64,000 bases of DNA from Candidatus Multivoradales bacterium (GCA_965248925.1 CBDFLE010000006.1:4704001-4768000), one strand, 5' to 3'; positions 6,657 through 17,240 are shown, counted from the first letter of the stretch. Program-made: numbers and translations. The notes: a model not told the origin generated them from the letters alone.

Positions 6657-9503
6657 TTACTGGCAAGCTTCGCACTCCGGATCCTCGATCCGGCACAGCT
6701 TGGGCTCTTCGGCGGGCTTGCCGTTGGCGGCGGTCGCCGGGTGGTCGGCACTGTCGGCGACCTGCGGTTGCGCAGCCTCGCCGGTGGCCATGCCATCGGC
6801 GGCCAGGGGAGGTGCGGTGGCGCCCTGACTACGCATTTGGGTGTAGCCGAACTTAGTGGCGTCGACAGTGGATTTCTCGATCTGTGTCGCCGCCAGCGTG
6901 CGCAGGTAGTAGGTGGTCTTGAGGCCCATCTTCCAAGCCGCGATGTAGGTCTCCGACAGCTTCTTGCCGGAGGTGCCGGTCATGAAGACATTGTGCGCCT
7001 GGCTCTGATCGATCCACTTGGTGCGCGCGGCGGTCATCTTCAAGGCCCAGATCGGGTCGATCTGGAAGGCTTCTCGATATTTGACCTTGAGTTCCTCGGG
7101 GATGGCGGCGATGCGCGACACGTTGCCATCGTAGGCCTTGAGCTGCTCCAGGGTTTCGTCGTTCCACAAGCCGAGTTTCTTGAGATCGGCAATCAGATAC
7201 TGATTGACCACCGTGAACTCGCCCGAGATGTTGGCCTTGACGTAGATGTTCTTGTAGATCGGCTCGATGCAGGGGAAGCAGCCGGAAATATTCGAGATGG
7301 TCGCCGTCGGTGCGATCGCCATGGTGTTGGAGTTGCGCATGCCGTGCTGGCGCAGGTGCTCGCGCACCGGTGCCCAATCAAGGCGCACGGTACGCGAGAC
7401 TTCTACCGGCAGGCCGCGCTCCTCCTCCAATAGGTCGATGGTGTCGATCGGTAGCAGGCCACGCTGCCATTTCGAACCCTCATAGGAGGCGTAAGCACCA
7501 CGCTCCTTGGCCAACTCGCTGGAACCCAGAATGGCGTTGTAGGAGATCAGCTCCATCACCCGATCGGCGAACTCTAACGCCGCCTCGGACTTGAATGGCG
7601 CATCGATCTTGAACAACGCGTCTTGCAGACCCATCAGGCCCAGGCCCACCGGCCGATGCTGCAAATTGGAGTTCTTGGCTTCGGGAGTGGGGTAGAAGTT
7701 GATGTCGACCACGTTGTCGAGCATCCGCATGGCGGTGCGCACGGTGCGCGCCAGACGCTCCGCGTCGAGTTGGCCGCCGCTGACGTGGCGCGCCAGGTTG
7801 ACCGAGCCCAGATTGCACACCGCGGTTTCTTCAGCCGAGGTGTTGAGGGTGATCTCGGTGCATAGGTTCGAGCTGTGGATGACGCCGACGTGGTCCTGCG
7901 GCGAGCGGATGTTGCAGGGGTCCTTGAAGGTGATCCAAGGATGGCCGGTCTCGAACAGCATGGTCAGCATCTTGCGCCACAGCTTCTTCGCCGGTAGGCG
8001 CTTGAAGAGGGCGATCTCGCCGCGGTCCACCCGCTGCTCGTAAGCGATGTAGCGGCGTTCGAAATCGCTGCCGTAGGTACCGTGCAGGTCGGGGGTCTCG
8101 TCGGGGGAAAAGAGAGTCCACTCCTTGTCGGCGATCACCCGTTTCATGAACAGGTCCGGAATCCAGTTGGCGGTGTTCATGTCGTGGGTGCGGCGGCGCT
8201 CGTCACCGGTGTTCTTGCGCAGGTCGAGGAAGTCCTCGATGTCGTAGTGCCAGGTCTCAAGGTAGGCGCAGGTGGCGCCGCGCCGCTTGCCGCTGCGGTT
8301 GATCGCGTTGGTGACATCGTTGGCGATCTTGAGGAAGGGAATGACCCCCTGGCTCTCGACCTTGGTCGACTTGATCGCCGAACCGGTGCCGCGGATATTC
8401 GACCAATCGTTGCCGATCCCCCCCGACCACTTCGACAGCTGTGAGTTGTCGCCCAGGCATTTGAAGATCTGCCGCAGATCGTCGTCGATGGTAGTCAAGT
8501 AGCAGGAGCTGAGCTGCGGATGGGTGGTGCCGGCGTGGAACATGGTCGGGGTCGAGGGCACATAGAGCAGCTGCGACATCAGCTCATAGAACTCGATCGC
8601 CCAATCTTCGGTCTGCTCTTCTTTGATCGCCAAGCCCATTGCCACCCGCATCCAAAACGCCTGCGGCAGCTCGCCGCAGTATTCGCCGGTGCGGATGAAG
8701 TAGCGCTCGTAGAGGGTCTGCAAGCCGAGGAAGTTGAATTCGTAGTCGCGCCCCGGCCGCAAGGCTTTGGCTAGCCGATCGAGATCCATCTTCGCCATCC
8801 GTGGATCTAGATTGCCCTGGGTGGCGTGGCTCTGGATGCCGGACACAAAGGCCCGGCGGTAGATATCGGCCCGCTCATCGGCGGTGGTCGAAACCCCGAT
8901 CACCTCTTTGTAGAGCCGTTGCAGCAGCAGCCGGGCGGCGAGGTAGCCGTAGGCTGGATCGCGCTCGATGAAGCTGGCCGAGGCCAGCACCAACGCGCGG
9001 TCGATATTCTGCGTGGTGACTTCGTCGTAGACGTTCTTGATCACCTCGCGCACCACGTTTTCGACATCGATGGTGCCGTTCAAACCGCGGGAGTTGCGGC
9101 GAATCGACTCATCGAGCTTCTTGACGTTGAACAGCTGGGTACGGCGATCGCGCTTCTTGACCGTCAGCTTGCCCAGCTTGGCGCTTTCCAAGGTACGCTG
9201 CTTGGACTCTTCGCGGGCCATCTGGCGATTGGCGCGATAGAGGATGTAGGCCTTGGAGATCTCGTACAGCTGGCCGCGGACCAGGTGTTTCTCGACAATG
9301 TCCTGAATATTTTCGACGTTGGGGTAAAAGTCGACGAAGCGCTGTTCGATCTCGTTGCAGACCGTATTAGTCAACTCGTCGAGCTGAGCGTCTGGCACCG
9401 GGGTACCCACCGCTTGCACGGCCTTGTCGATGGCGGCTCTGATACGCACTCCATCGAAGGCCACAACCTCCCCCGTTCGCTTGACGACTCGCAGCTCCAG
9501 CAT
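6657..9503 (-). CDS. nrdA: Ribonucleotide reductase alpha subunit with two N-terminal ATP cones
   Basis: VVKRTG and VKKRDR cone starts; QLSSCY, SNLCTEI, AIAPTA, TTYYLR, C-terminal CEACQ; GGAGG SD before ATG at 9503. Confidence 0.97.
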   Translation of the reverse strand: MLELRVVKRTGEVVAFDGVRIRAAIDKAVQAVGTPVPDAQLDELTNTVCNEIEQRFVDFYPNVENIQDIVEKHLVRGQLYEISKAYILYRANRQMAREESKQRTLESAKLGKLTVKKRDRRTQLFNVKKLDESIRRNSRGLNGTIDVENVVREVIKNVYDEVTTQNIDRALVLASASFIERDPAYGYLAARLLLQRLYKEVIGVSTTADERADIYRRAFVSGIQSHATQGNLDPRMAKMDLDRLAKALRPGRDYEFNFLGLQTLYERYFIRTGEYCGELPQAFWMRVAMGLAIKEEQTEDWAIEFYELMSQLLYVPSTPTMFHAGTTHPQLSSCYLTTIDDDLRQIFKCLGDNSQLSKWSGGIGNDWSNIRGTGSAIKSTKVESQGVIPFLKIANDVTNAINRSGKRRGATCAYLETWHYDIEDFLDLRKNTGDERRRTHDMNTANWIPDLFMKRVIADKEWTLFSPDETPDLHGTYGSDFERRYIAYEQRVDRGEIALFKRLPAKKLWRKMLTMLFETGHPWITFKDPCNIRSPQDHVGVIHSSNLCTEITLNTSAEETAVCNLGSVNLARHVSGGQLDAERLARTVRTAMRMLDNVVDINFYPTPEAKNSNLQHRPVGLGLMGLQDALFKIDAPFKSEAALEFADRVMELISYNAILGSSELAKERGAYASYEGSKWQRGLLPIDTIDLLEEERGLPVEVSRTVRLDWAPVREHLRQHGMRNSNTMAIAPTATISNISGCFPCIEPIYKNIYVKANISGEFTVVNQYLIADLKKLGLWNDETLEQLKAYDGNVSRIAAIPEELKVKYREAFQIDPIWALKMTAARTKWIDQSQAHNVFMTGTSGKKLSETYIAAWKMGLKTTYYLRTLAATQIEKSTVDATKFGYTQMRSQGATAPPLAADGMATGEAAQPQVADSADHPATAANGKPAEEPKLCRIEDPECEACQ

Positions 9504-9702
9504 GTCCAATCCTCCGCTCCTTGACGGCTCGCTATCGCGGCCTCGATGGCCCAGTATCACAGTCAGAATCTGGGTTAAATTTTTTTTCACGCCCCTCCGG
9601 GCAGCGCTCTGCCCTGGGCGGACGCTCGATTACCGTCTCCCGCTGGTCTGTTTATTCGGCCGCGCCAAGTCAAACCTTACGTTTCTAAGAGGTTATGCGA
9701 CC

Positions 9703-9780
9703 GTCGCTATATCTTCGCGGAACCTTGAGGCAGACTACAAGATGTAGTTGCTGGCTGTCAAGCATCCCCAAGATACTGCG
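9703..9780. promoter_or_regulatory. Tandem NrdR-box-like operators
   Basis: Near-palindrome ACTACAAGATGTAGT (9734-9748) with weaker copies 31 bp either side (CGCTATATCTTCG, CCCCAAGATACTG), upstream of nrdA. Confidence 0.7.
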
Positions 9781-10104
9781 GTTCTGTCTGCAAGTCGTAT
9801 ATTTCTCAGGGGGTTAGAGCGGCCCTAATTGCGGCCTATGCAGACGAATTCATTAATAAGTGTGGTGCAAAGCCCGGCGCTCCGCAGGTGTCTCCCGTGC
9901 ACATCCCGTTGTGCAGATCTGAGGGCCGATTCGCACAGAAAGTTGTGCACTTCAGCGAGGTCAGGGCCGTCCTCTTGGGCGCCGGTGAGCTACTCAGCGG
10001 GAGCCGCGGGATCGGCGCTCGCCGAGGGGGGAACTAGAGGATAGAATTCACTTCCCGATCTAGTTCTAGAACCGTCCGGTAGATTCAATCTCGAGGAAGC
10101 ACAG

Positions 10105-12861
10105 ATGCGCCTACTTTTCGTCACTCCCGCCATCGGCATACGCGGTCTTGTCATTGCCTTGTTGGCCGCGCTGGCGTCCACTGCCGATGCCGGCACTTTG
10201 CACGACCCACGTGAGATCCACCTGGCCGACGTGCGGCAGCTGACTTTCGGCGGCGAAAACGCTGAGGCCTACTGGTCGCCGGACGGCTCTGAGCTGATCT
10301 ACCAGGCCAAGGTGCCGCCTTACAGCTGTGATCAGATCTTTCGCATGGATCCGCGCCAGCCAGGCGAGCCACAGCTGGTCTCGACCGGCAAGGGTCGTAC
10401 CACCTGCGCTTACTTCAGCTATCCCAAGGGCGCCCGGGTGATCTATTCCTCGACCCATCAGGAAGACCCGTTGTGTCCGCCGACGCCGGATTTCTCTCAG
10501 GGCTACGTCTGGCCGATCTACTCCAGCTACGAGCTTTACGATGCGGCGGTCGACGGCAGCGACCTGCGGCGGCTGACCGACAACCAGGCTTACGATGCCG
10601 AGGCCACGATGTGTCCGCTCGACGGTTCGGTGATTTTCACCTCAACCCGCGATGGCGATCTGGAACTCTACCGGATGAAGGCCGATGGCTCAGAGGTGGT
10701 GCGCTTGACCGACACCCCGGGCTATGACGGTGGCGCCTTCTTTTCCGCCGATTGCACTCAGATTGTCTGGCGAGCGTCACGCCCGCAGGAAGGCAATGAG
10801 CTGGACGAGTATCGCCGCCTGCTTGAGCAGGGGCTGATCCAGCCTGGACGGCTGGAACTCTGGGTTGCCGATGCCGACGGCGCCAACCCGCGGCAGATCA
10901 CCTATCTCGGAGCGGCCTCGTTTGCCCCTTATTTCTTTCCCAGCGGCCGGCGGATTATTTTCTCCTCCAATGCGGGCGATCCTCGCGGTCGGGAATTCGA
11001 CTTGTGGGCGGTCGATGTCGACGGGACACACCTCGAGCGGATCACCTACACCTCCGGTTTTGATGGTTTCCCGGTGTTCTCTCCCGATGGTCGGTGGCTG
11101 GCCTTTGGCTCCAATCGCAACCAGGGCAAGCCTGGCGAGACCGATGTCTATGTCGCTCGCTGGTTGGAGGCCGAAGGGCCCACCGAGCCACAGATCGCCG
11201 ACCGCTTGCAGGTCGCGGTGTCGTGGCTGGCCGACGATCAGCGCCAGGGGCGGGGGATCGGTACCGAGGGGTTGGAGGCCAGCGCAGTGTGGTTGGAGGA
11301 ACAATTTGGCCGGCTGGGCCTACAGCCGGCAGGTGATGAGGGGCAAGCACGGCAGAGGTTTGAGGTGCCACTGTCGGTGGAGCCCGGAGCGGGCACGCGA
11401 CTGGTAATCGACGGCCAGGAGATCGCCGCTGAAGAATTTCGCATCGCCTCCTTCAGTGCGCCGGGGACAGTGGCTGCCGAAGTGGTGCCGGTGGGCTACG
11501 GCATCAGCGCGCCAGAGGAGGGTGTTGACCACTACGCCGATCTCGCCGTGAACGGCAGGATTGTTGCCGTGCGACGCTTCACTCCCAGTGGCCCGCCCTT
11601 CGACAAAGCTGAGATCGAGCGCCGTTATGGCGATCTTCGGCACAAAGCCTGGGCGGCGCGCGAACATGGCGCTATCGGGGTGGTGATTGTCGATCTGCCG
11701 CTCAGCGCTGGTGAAGAAGAGCTGGCGGAGGAATTTCCCCTGCCCAAGTTGCGGGTCGACAATCGAGGAGATGCCGGCATACCGGTGGTGATCGCCACTC
11801 GCCAGGCGGCGGCGAGCCTCTTTACTGGCGGTCAGAAGGCAGAACTCAATGTCGAGGTCCTGCGCCACAGCCAGCCGGCGCACAACATCATCGAGCGAGT
11901 GGTCGCGGGTGGCGAGCCGTTGGCTGGCACGGTGGTGATCGGTGCCCACTACGACCATCTTGGATTGGGCGAGTCGGGTGGATCGCTAAGCCCTGAGGAG
12001 CAGCTGCCGCACAATGGTGCCGACGACAATGCTTCCGGCACGGCGGCTTTGCTCGAGATTGCCCGCGTGCTGCAAGCGCGGCGCGGCGAGCTGCGCCGCG
12101 ATGTGGTTTTGGTGGCCTTTGCCGGTGAGGAGTCGGGGCTGTTGGGTTCGACCCACCTGACTCGCAATCCGCCGCCGGGTCTAGATCTTGGCGAGATCTA
12201 CGCCATGCTCAATCTCGACATGGTGGGGCGCTTGCGGCGCAACAAATTGTCGGTGTTAGGGGGCGATTCGGCCGAGGAGTGGGCTGAGCTAGTCGAGCCC
12301 GCTTGCGAGCGGGTGGCGGTGGACTGCAACCTCAGCGGCGACGGCTATGGTCCCTCGGACCAGACCCCCTTCTACGCTGCCGGCATTCCGGTGCTACATT
12401 TTTTCACCGGCAGTCATGACGAATATCACAAGCCCAGCGACGATACCGAGTTGCTGAACTTTGCCGGCCTGGCCCAGGTGTCGCGTTTGGTCGCCGATCT
12501 GGGAGTGGCCTTGGCCCAACGCGACGCGCCACTGACTCTCAAGGAAGCGCCGCCGCTAGAGCCCCGTGGCGACGCCCGTTCCTACGGCGCTTCGCTGGGC
12601 ACCATCCCTGACTATGCCGGTGACGACCGTCCCGGCGTCTTGCTTGCTGGCACGCGTCCCGGCGGCCCAGCTGATGCCGCCGGTATAAAGCGCGGCGACC
12701 TGCTGGTCGAGCTCGCTGGCCGCGAGGTGCGCGACATCTACGACTTTATGTACGTGCTGCGCCAGGGCAAGCCCGGCGAGACGGTTAGCGTGGTGGTCGA
12801 TCGGGACGGCGAACGGGTTGAACTAGAGGTCACCTTCGGCAAGAGCCGGGGGATGCAATGA
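10105..12861 (+). CDS. TolB-like (PD40) beta-propeller + PA + M28 peptidase + PDZ fusion protein, secreted
   Basis: Signal peptide; GENAEAYWSPDG/YDGGAFFS repeats; GAHYDHLG, GADDNASG, GEESGLLGS, YHKPSD; C-terminal PDZ (GGPADAAGIKRGD). Confidence 0.9.
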   Translation: MRLLFVTPAIGIRGLVIALLAALASTADAGTLHDPREIHLADVRQLTFGGENAEAYWSPDGSELIYQAKVPPYSCDQIFRMDPRQPGEPQLVSTGKGRTTCAYFSYPKGARVIYSSTHQEDPLCPPTPDFSQGYVWPIYSSYELYDAAVDGSDLRRLTDNQAYDAEATMCPLDGSVIFTSTRDGDLELYRMKADGSEVVRLTDTPGYDGGAFFSADCTQIVWRASRPQEGNELDEYRRLLEQGLIQPGRLELWVADADGANPRQITYLGAASFAPYFFPSGRRIIFSSNAGDPRGREFDLWAVDVDGTHLERITYTSGFDGFPVFSPDGRWLAFGSNRNQGKPGETDVYVARWLEAEGPTEPQIADRLQVAVSWLADDQRQGRGIGTEGLEASAVWLEEQFGRLGLQPAGDEGQARQRFEVPLSVEPGAGTRLVIDGQEIAAEEFRIASFSAPGTVAAEVVPVGYGISAPEEGVDHYADLAVNGRIVAVRRFTPSGPPFDKAEIERRYGDLRHKAWAAREHGAIGVVIVDLPLSAGEEELAEEFPLPKLRVDNRGDAGIPVVIATRQAAASLFTGGQKAELNVEVLRHSQPAHNIIERVVAGGEPLAGTVVIGAHYDHLGLGESGGSLSPEEQLPHNGADDNASGTAALLEIARVLQARRGELRRDVVLVAFAGEESGLLGSTHLTRNPPPGLDLGEIYAMLNLDMVGRLRRNKLSVLGGDSAEEWAELVEPACERVAVDCNLSGDGYGPSDQTPFYAAGIPVLHFFTGSHDEYHKPSDDTELLNFAGLAQVSRLVADLGVALAQRDAPLTLKEAPPLEPRGDARSYGASLGTIPDYAGDDRPGVLLAGTRPGGPADAAGIKRGDLLVELAGREVRDIYDFMYVLRQGKPGETVSVVVDRDGERVELEVTFGKSRGMQ

Positions 12862-12917
12862 GCAGGATGGATTGGGTTTCGGAGATCTGGAACCCGTCGA
12901 TAGACAAAGGAGGTCTC

Positions 12918-13121
12918 GTGGTCGTGACGCTCTCGTCCGAGTACCAGCTGACGATTCCTGAGTCGATTAGGGACTCTCTGGATCTGCGGCCGGGTCAGAA
13001 GATCCAAGCGATGATCAGCGGTGATCGAATCGAGCTGATTCCGCTGCGCCCAATGTCCGAGCTGCGTGGCTTCTTACCTGGTCTCGATACGACCCTTGAG
13101 CCGGAGACCGATCGGCTTTGA
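12918..13121 (+). CDS. AbrB/MazE/SpoVT-family DNA-binding protein (antitoxin-like, orphan)
   Basis: VTLSSEYQLTIPESIRDSLDLRPGQKI motif; AGGAGG SD before GTG 12918. Confidence 0.8.
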   Translation: MVVTLSSEYQLTIPESIRDSLDLRPGQKIQAMISGDRIELIPLRPMSELRGFLPGLDTTLEPETDRL

Positions 13122-13122
13122 A

Positions 13123-13156
13123 CTCAGTCGCCACGGCCAGCGCCGTGGCGACTGAG
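13123..13156. terminator. Perfect 15-bp stem hairpin between convergent genes
   Basis: CTCAGTCGCCACGGC-CAGC-GCCGTGGCGACTGAG. Confidence 0.65.
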
Positions 13157-13165
13157 CGACCTTGC

Positions 13166-13663
13166 CTAAAAATCCTGGTGGTCGGCGGTCGGGCCGTAGA
13201 TCGGCGGAATGGGTACGTCGTGGAGGCGCAGGTAGACTGATAGCTGGCCGCGGTGGTGGATCAAGTGATTCAGCACCCACACCCGCAATACCTGACCCTT
13301 GGGCATGTTGACCAGCTCAGTCTCGCCGTGGACCATCTTCCAGCCGTTGGCTAGGTCGGCGTCGGTGGTGGTTGCAGTGGTCTCGTTCCAGGTCTTGAGG
13401 CTAGCGTTGAATTTGTCGACGATTTGGTCGGTCGCGGTGGGTTCGGTGGCTGGCGGGAAGGTGGCAACGTCGAGCGTATCCATGCTCAGGATAGGGTCGG
13501 CCCAACCGGGGATCTCGGCAATGTGGTCGCCGAGCCGACCCAGGGTCATCGATTTCTCGTGCGGTTTCCAACTCAGCCGGTCGCTGGGAATCGACTCCAG
13601 CATCTTAAGAGTGCTTTGTGCTTCGTGGGCAAGTTCGGCAACCAGGGCTTGGATCATCGACAT
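13166..13663 (-). CDS. DinB/YfiT-family protein
   Basis: WKPHEKSMTLGRLGDHIAE and NHLIHHRGQLSVYLR. Confidence 0.9.
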   Translation of the reverse strand: MSMIQALVAELAHEAQSTLKMLESIPSDRLSWKPHEKSMTLGRLGDHIAEIPGWADPILSMDTLDVATFPPATEPTATDQIVDKFNASLKTWNETTATTTDADLANGWKMVHGETELVNMPKGQVLRVWVLNHLIHHRGQLSVYLRLHDVPIPPIYGPTADHQDF

Positions 13664-13741
13664 TTTGAGATTTCTCCTGAAGGTTAGGGGCTGATGCTAG
13701 CAGGCTTTGGGCGCGCGCAGCCGGCACCAAGGAGCAGCTGC

Positions 13742-14950
13742 TCAGCCGAGCTGGCGCTCAATTCGCCCGGCCAGCTGCTGACCGATGGCCAGGGCGGCGG
13801 TGGCGGCTGGTGAGGGGGCATTCACTAGATGCACTGAGCCGGGGCCTTCGACGATGTGGAAGTCGTCGACCAGGCCGCCACCTGGGGTGACCGCCTGGGC
13901 GCGCACTCCACAGCCAGCGTCGACCAAGTCCTCGGCGCGAATCCCCGGTACCAGGCGAGCCAGGGCGGCGGCGAAGCGGCGCTTGCTCATGGCCCGCGTT
14001 AACTCGCCGAGACCAGTACGCCAATAGCGCGCGGCCAAGCGCCAAAATCCAAGGTACCCAAAGGTGTCGATGGCATCTCGCCAAGCGAAGCTCCAGCGGG
14101 AGTAGCCGCTACGCATCAATGCCGGAACGGCGTTGGGGCCGGCTTCCAGAGTGCCGTCGATGCGGCGGGTGAAATGTACGCCGAGGAAGGGGAAGCGTGG
14201 GTCGGGAACCGGGTAGATCAGCCCCCGGACTAACTCTGAGCGAGCGCCGGGAATGGCAAAGTAGTCGCCACGGAAAGGCACGATGCGCAACCCCGGATCG
14301 ACGCCGCAGAGCCGCGCCAGGCGATCTGATTCGAGCCCGGCGCAGCCCACCAGGAACGATGCTTCGAGGTCGCCGGCCGTGCTTTCGAGACGCCAACACT
14401 CACCCTGCCGCTGGCTGGTGACCAGTTTCCAGCCGAGTCGAACCTCACCACCCATGGCGTGTAAACGATCCGCCAGTACCCGGCTGACCAGACGGTAGTC
14501 GACCACCCCGGTCTCGGGCACCCACAATCCGGCGCAGCCGCGGGCGTGCGGTTCGTAGTGGGCTATCTGTTCGCGGTCGAGACGCAGCAGGCCGCGCAGG
14601 CCATTAGCGCGCCCGCGGCGTTCGAGTTCGGCCAGCGCCGGCAGCTCATTGGGAGCGGTTGCCAATACCAACTTGCCGCAACGATGATGGGGAATCTCAT
14701 GCTGCTCGCAGAGCTGGTATAGGGCTTGCCGGCCGCTGACCGCCAGCTCTGCCTTGAGCGAGCCTGGAGGGTAGTAAAGCCCCGAGTGAATCACCCCGCT
14801 GTTGTGGCCGCTCTGGTGTCGCGCCACGCCGTCCTCGGCCTCTAGGACAACCACCCTTTGGCCGGCTTCGGCCAGGGCCACGGCGGTGGCCAGGCCGACG
14901 ATGCCGGCACCGACGACGACCAGCGGTGGCTCAACGGGACGACGGGTCAT
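13742..14950 (-). CDS. lhgO: L-2-hydroxyglutarate oxidase
   Basis: GAGIVGLA, HQSGHNSGVIHSGLYY, YPVPDPRFPFLGVHFT, NAPSPAAT; ATG 14950 overlaps the upstream stop. Confidence 0.93.
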   Translation of the reverse strand: MTRRPVEPPLVVVGAGIVGLATAVALAEAGQRVVVLEAEDGVARHQSGHNSGVIHSGLYYPPGSLKAELAVSGRQALYQLCEQHEIPHHRCGKLVLATAPNELPALAELERRGRANGLRGLLRLDREQIAHYEPHARGCAGLWVPETGVVDYRLVSRVLADRLHAMGGEVRLGWKLVTSQRQGECWRLESTAGDLEASFLVGCAGLESDRLARLCGVDPGLRIVPFRGDYFAIPGARSELVRGLIYPVPDPRFPFLGVHFTRRIDGTLEAGPNAVPALMRSGYSRWSFAWRDAIDTFGYLGFWRLAARYWRTGLGELTRAMSKRRFAAALARLVPGIRAEDLVDAGCGVRAQAVTPGGGLVDDFHIVEGPGSVHLVNAPSPAATAALAIGQQLAGRIERQLG

Positions 14951-17031
14951 TTCAACTTGGGGACTTCGGTGCCGTAGACATAGCGCTCGAACCAGGGCTG
15001 CCAATCGCTGCCGGTCATCTGATTGAGGATTCCCACCAGGTGGCGGGTCTCGCCCCAGCTGTCGCCGAAGTTTTTCAGCATCGAGCGCAGCAGAGCGATG
15101 AAGTAGCGATCGCCGTCCTTGTCCGAGCCCTGCTGTCGACGCAGCTCCAGGCCTAGGGCGTGCAAGACCAGCGGTCCGCGGTTGTAGAGCAGGTAACGCC
15201 GCGTCCAATCGTCGGAATCGGCATCGAAGGAAAGGAAATTGGCCAAGTAGATGCTGGCCTGGGGGCCGATCTGCTTGGAACGAGCCCGCCAACCGTTGAG
15301 CAGCTTGTTGAATTCGGCTTGACCACGCTTGCCGCCGTGCAGGGCCTGCAAGCACATTGCCGCCGAGTACTCAGCAAAGCTCTCGCTCAACCACTGTTCC
15401 TCGGCGGAGGGCCATTTGATGATGTGGCCCCACCAGGCGTGGGCGACTTCGTGGGCGAAACGCTCGTTGATGCCGCCCGAGAACAGCTGGCCGATGTCGC
15501 TCTGCAAGGGTTGGAAGGCTTCGTTGGTGATGAAGATGATTCCCGGCGGGGCGATGCCGAAGCCAAAGCTGTTGCGCTCGATCACTGTCATGTCGGGGAA
15601 GGGATAGGGCATGCCAAACAGGGACTCGTAATACTTGGTGGTGTGAAAGAACAGTTGGGTGAGCTTCCTCGACGCCTTCGGCTTGGCGATGCCATAGGAG
15701 GCGACGCGGCAGGTCTTCCCGTCTTGAGTTTCCTCGAAAAGAGAGTACTTGCCGGCTGCTATTACTGGAAACATGGTTGGCCGATCCAAGGTGGTGAGCA
15801 GTCGTTGGCCGCTCTCTTGCTCGTGGCGTTCGACCACTCGTCCCGAGGCAAATGGCATCAACGGCAACGGTACGTGAACGCTGATTTCGGTAGTGGTCAG
15901 CTCGCTACCCAGATCACCCATCGGGTACCAGGCCCAGGTCCCCAACGACCAGAAGTTGTCGCCGCCGTAGCGGATCGCCAGATCGCCAGCGGCTTGCACT
16001 CTGATCTCGCGACTCTGACCCGGCCCGAGCGGCGGTTCGAGAGCCACCAGTAAGCGGCCGTTCCGATGTAGGTAGTCCGCCGGCTGGCCGTCGACCTCCA
16101 GGGACTGCACCTGGTAAGGGCGCCGGCGTCCCTTTTCTTCGACATCCGCCATCAGGCTCGCGACCCATACGCGGGTAGAGCGTTGAGCGGTGATGCGGAC
16201 CGTGGAGTCCGTGAGCACCCTCTCGGCGGTAGGATTCTCCACCTTGAGATCGAGGTGGACGGTGGTGGTCGGAGCCACCATGCCGCGCTCCCACCACGGC
16301 CGCCCGATCGGCTGATTGATCAAAGAGAGCCGGTAGTAACGGTGATGATCGTCGTCCTTGCGCTGGTCGTAACGGCGCACCCAGGAGAGCCGCTCTTCGC
16401 GCTCAAGCCGCGGATCGTAGCGCAGCAGGAAGATCTGTTGGTCCGACTTCATCAGGCCGTAGACGAAGTCGGGATTGTTGTCGGTCGCCGCCATCAGCGC
16501 GACCACCGGCTCCTCGAAGAAGGGATTGTCGAGGACCTTGCCGGCCCATTCGGGCAAGGCCGCTGGGCCAGACCTGCCGCTATCGGGCCCGCTGTCGTCG
16601 GCATCACTGACTCCACCCAGGTCACCGAAGCCCCAGCTCCACAACAGGGCGTCGTCGAGTTCGCGAATGAAGGTCATCGGGATGGCCTTGCCGCCGTTGA
16701 AAGAAAGCGCCTTGGCCAAGTTGCGCCGAGCGACCGGCAGGCTGAAGGGGTCGTCGACGGTGTAGGTCAGCCGGGTGGGTCCGTCGATCCACAGGCCGCA
16801 GACCACCTGGCCGGCCATCAACTGACGCACCACCGTGCCCTGGGCCGGCACCAGCTTGGCTCGGCCAATTTCAAGCGGGCCCGTCAGGTGGACTACAGCG
16901 CCCAGCCGTGGGGCCGAAAGGTCGGCGATCAGCTCTGGCCATGGAGTGGCGGCGACGGCTGAGCCGAGGCCCTGGAGTAGCCAAAGAAATAGGGACAAGG
17001 TGAAGTAGCAAGAGCGTTTCCACGGGTGCAT
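14947..17031 (-). CDS. Secreted M1-family (gluzincin) aminopeptidase
   Basis: HEVAHAWWG...WLSESFAEY; LYNRG; signal peptide; GGAGG SD before ATG 17031. Confidence 0.85.
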   Translation of the reverse strand: MHPWKRSCYFTLSLFLWLLQGLGSAVAATPWPELIADLSAPRLGAVVHLTGPLEIGRAKLVPAQGTVVRQLMAGQVVCGLWIDGPTRLTYTVDDPFSLPVARRNLAKALSFNGGKAIPMTFIRELDDALLWSWGFGDLGGVSDADDSGPDSGRSGPAALPEWAGKVLDNPFFEEPVVALMAATDNNPDFVYGLMKSDQQIFLLRYDPRLEREERLSWVRRYDQRKDDDHHRYYRLSLINQPIGRPWWERGMVAPTTTVHLDLKVENPTAERVLTDSTVRITAQRSTRVWVASLMADVEEKGRRRPYQVQSLEVDGQPADYLHRNGRLLVALEPPLGPGQSREIRVQAAGDLAIRYGGDNFWSLGTWAWYPMGDLGSELTTTEISVHVPLPLMPFASGRVVERHEQESGQRLLTTLDRPTMFPVIAAGKYSLFEETQDGKTCRVASYGIAKPKASRKLTQLFFHTTKYYESLFGMPYPFPDMTVIERNSFGFGIAPPGIIFITNEAFQPLQSDIGQLFSGGINERFAHEVAHAWWGHIIKWPSAEEQWLSESFAEYSAAMCLQALHGGKRGQAEFNKLLNGWRARSKQIGPQASIYLANFLSFDADSDDWTRRYLLYNRGPLVLHALGLELRRQQGSDKDGDRYFIALLRSMLKNFGDSWGETRHLVGILNQMTGSDWQPWFERYVYGTEVPKLK

Positions 17032-17240
17032 GTGATGACCTCCTGGCAAGATATTCTTGTGCGGCACGCGGATGGCGACGCATTGACCTAATTGTAGGGC
17101 CTTCTGGCCAGGGAGCCCAGCTCAGTGCATCCAGCCTCGCTCACGGCCTTCCGAGTGACCCCTTCCGGCCCCTTCATCTCGATGGTCCTGATAGGGTCGG
17201 GGAGATGGCCGGGCCATCGAAAAAGAGGGCAATCCAGGAG

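Noticed and set aside
5055-9524. Long antisense ORFs over the sulfatase and nrdAB (similar ones over sdh, glnA and the MCP)
   Set aside because: Shadow frames expected from high-GC codon bias opposite well-supported genes.
14951-15355. N-terminal extension of LhgO in the ORF track
   Set aside because: It overlaps the M1 peptidase in another frame; the FAD-binding motif begins right after ATG 14950.
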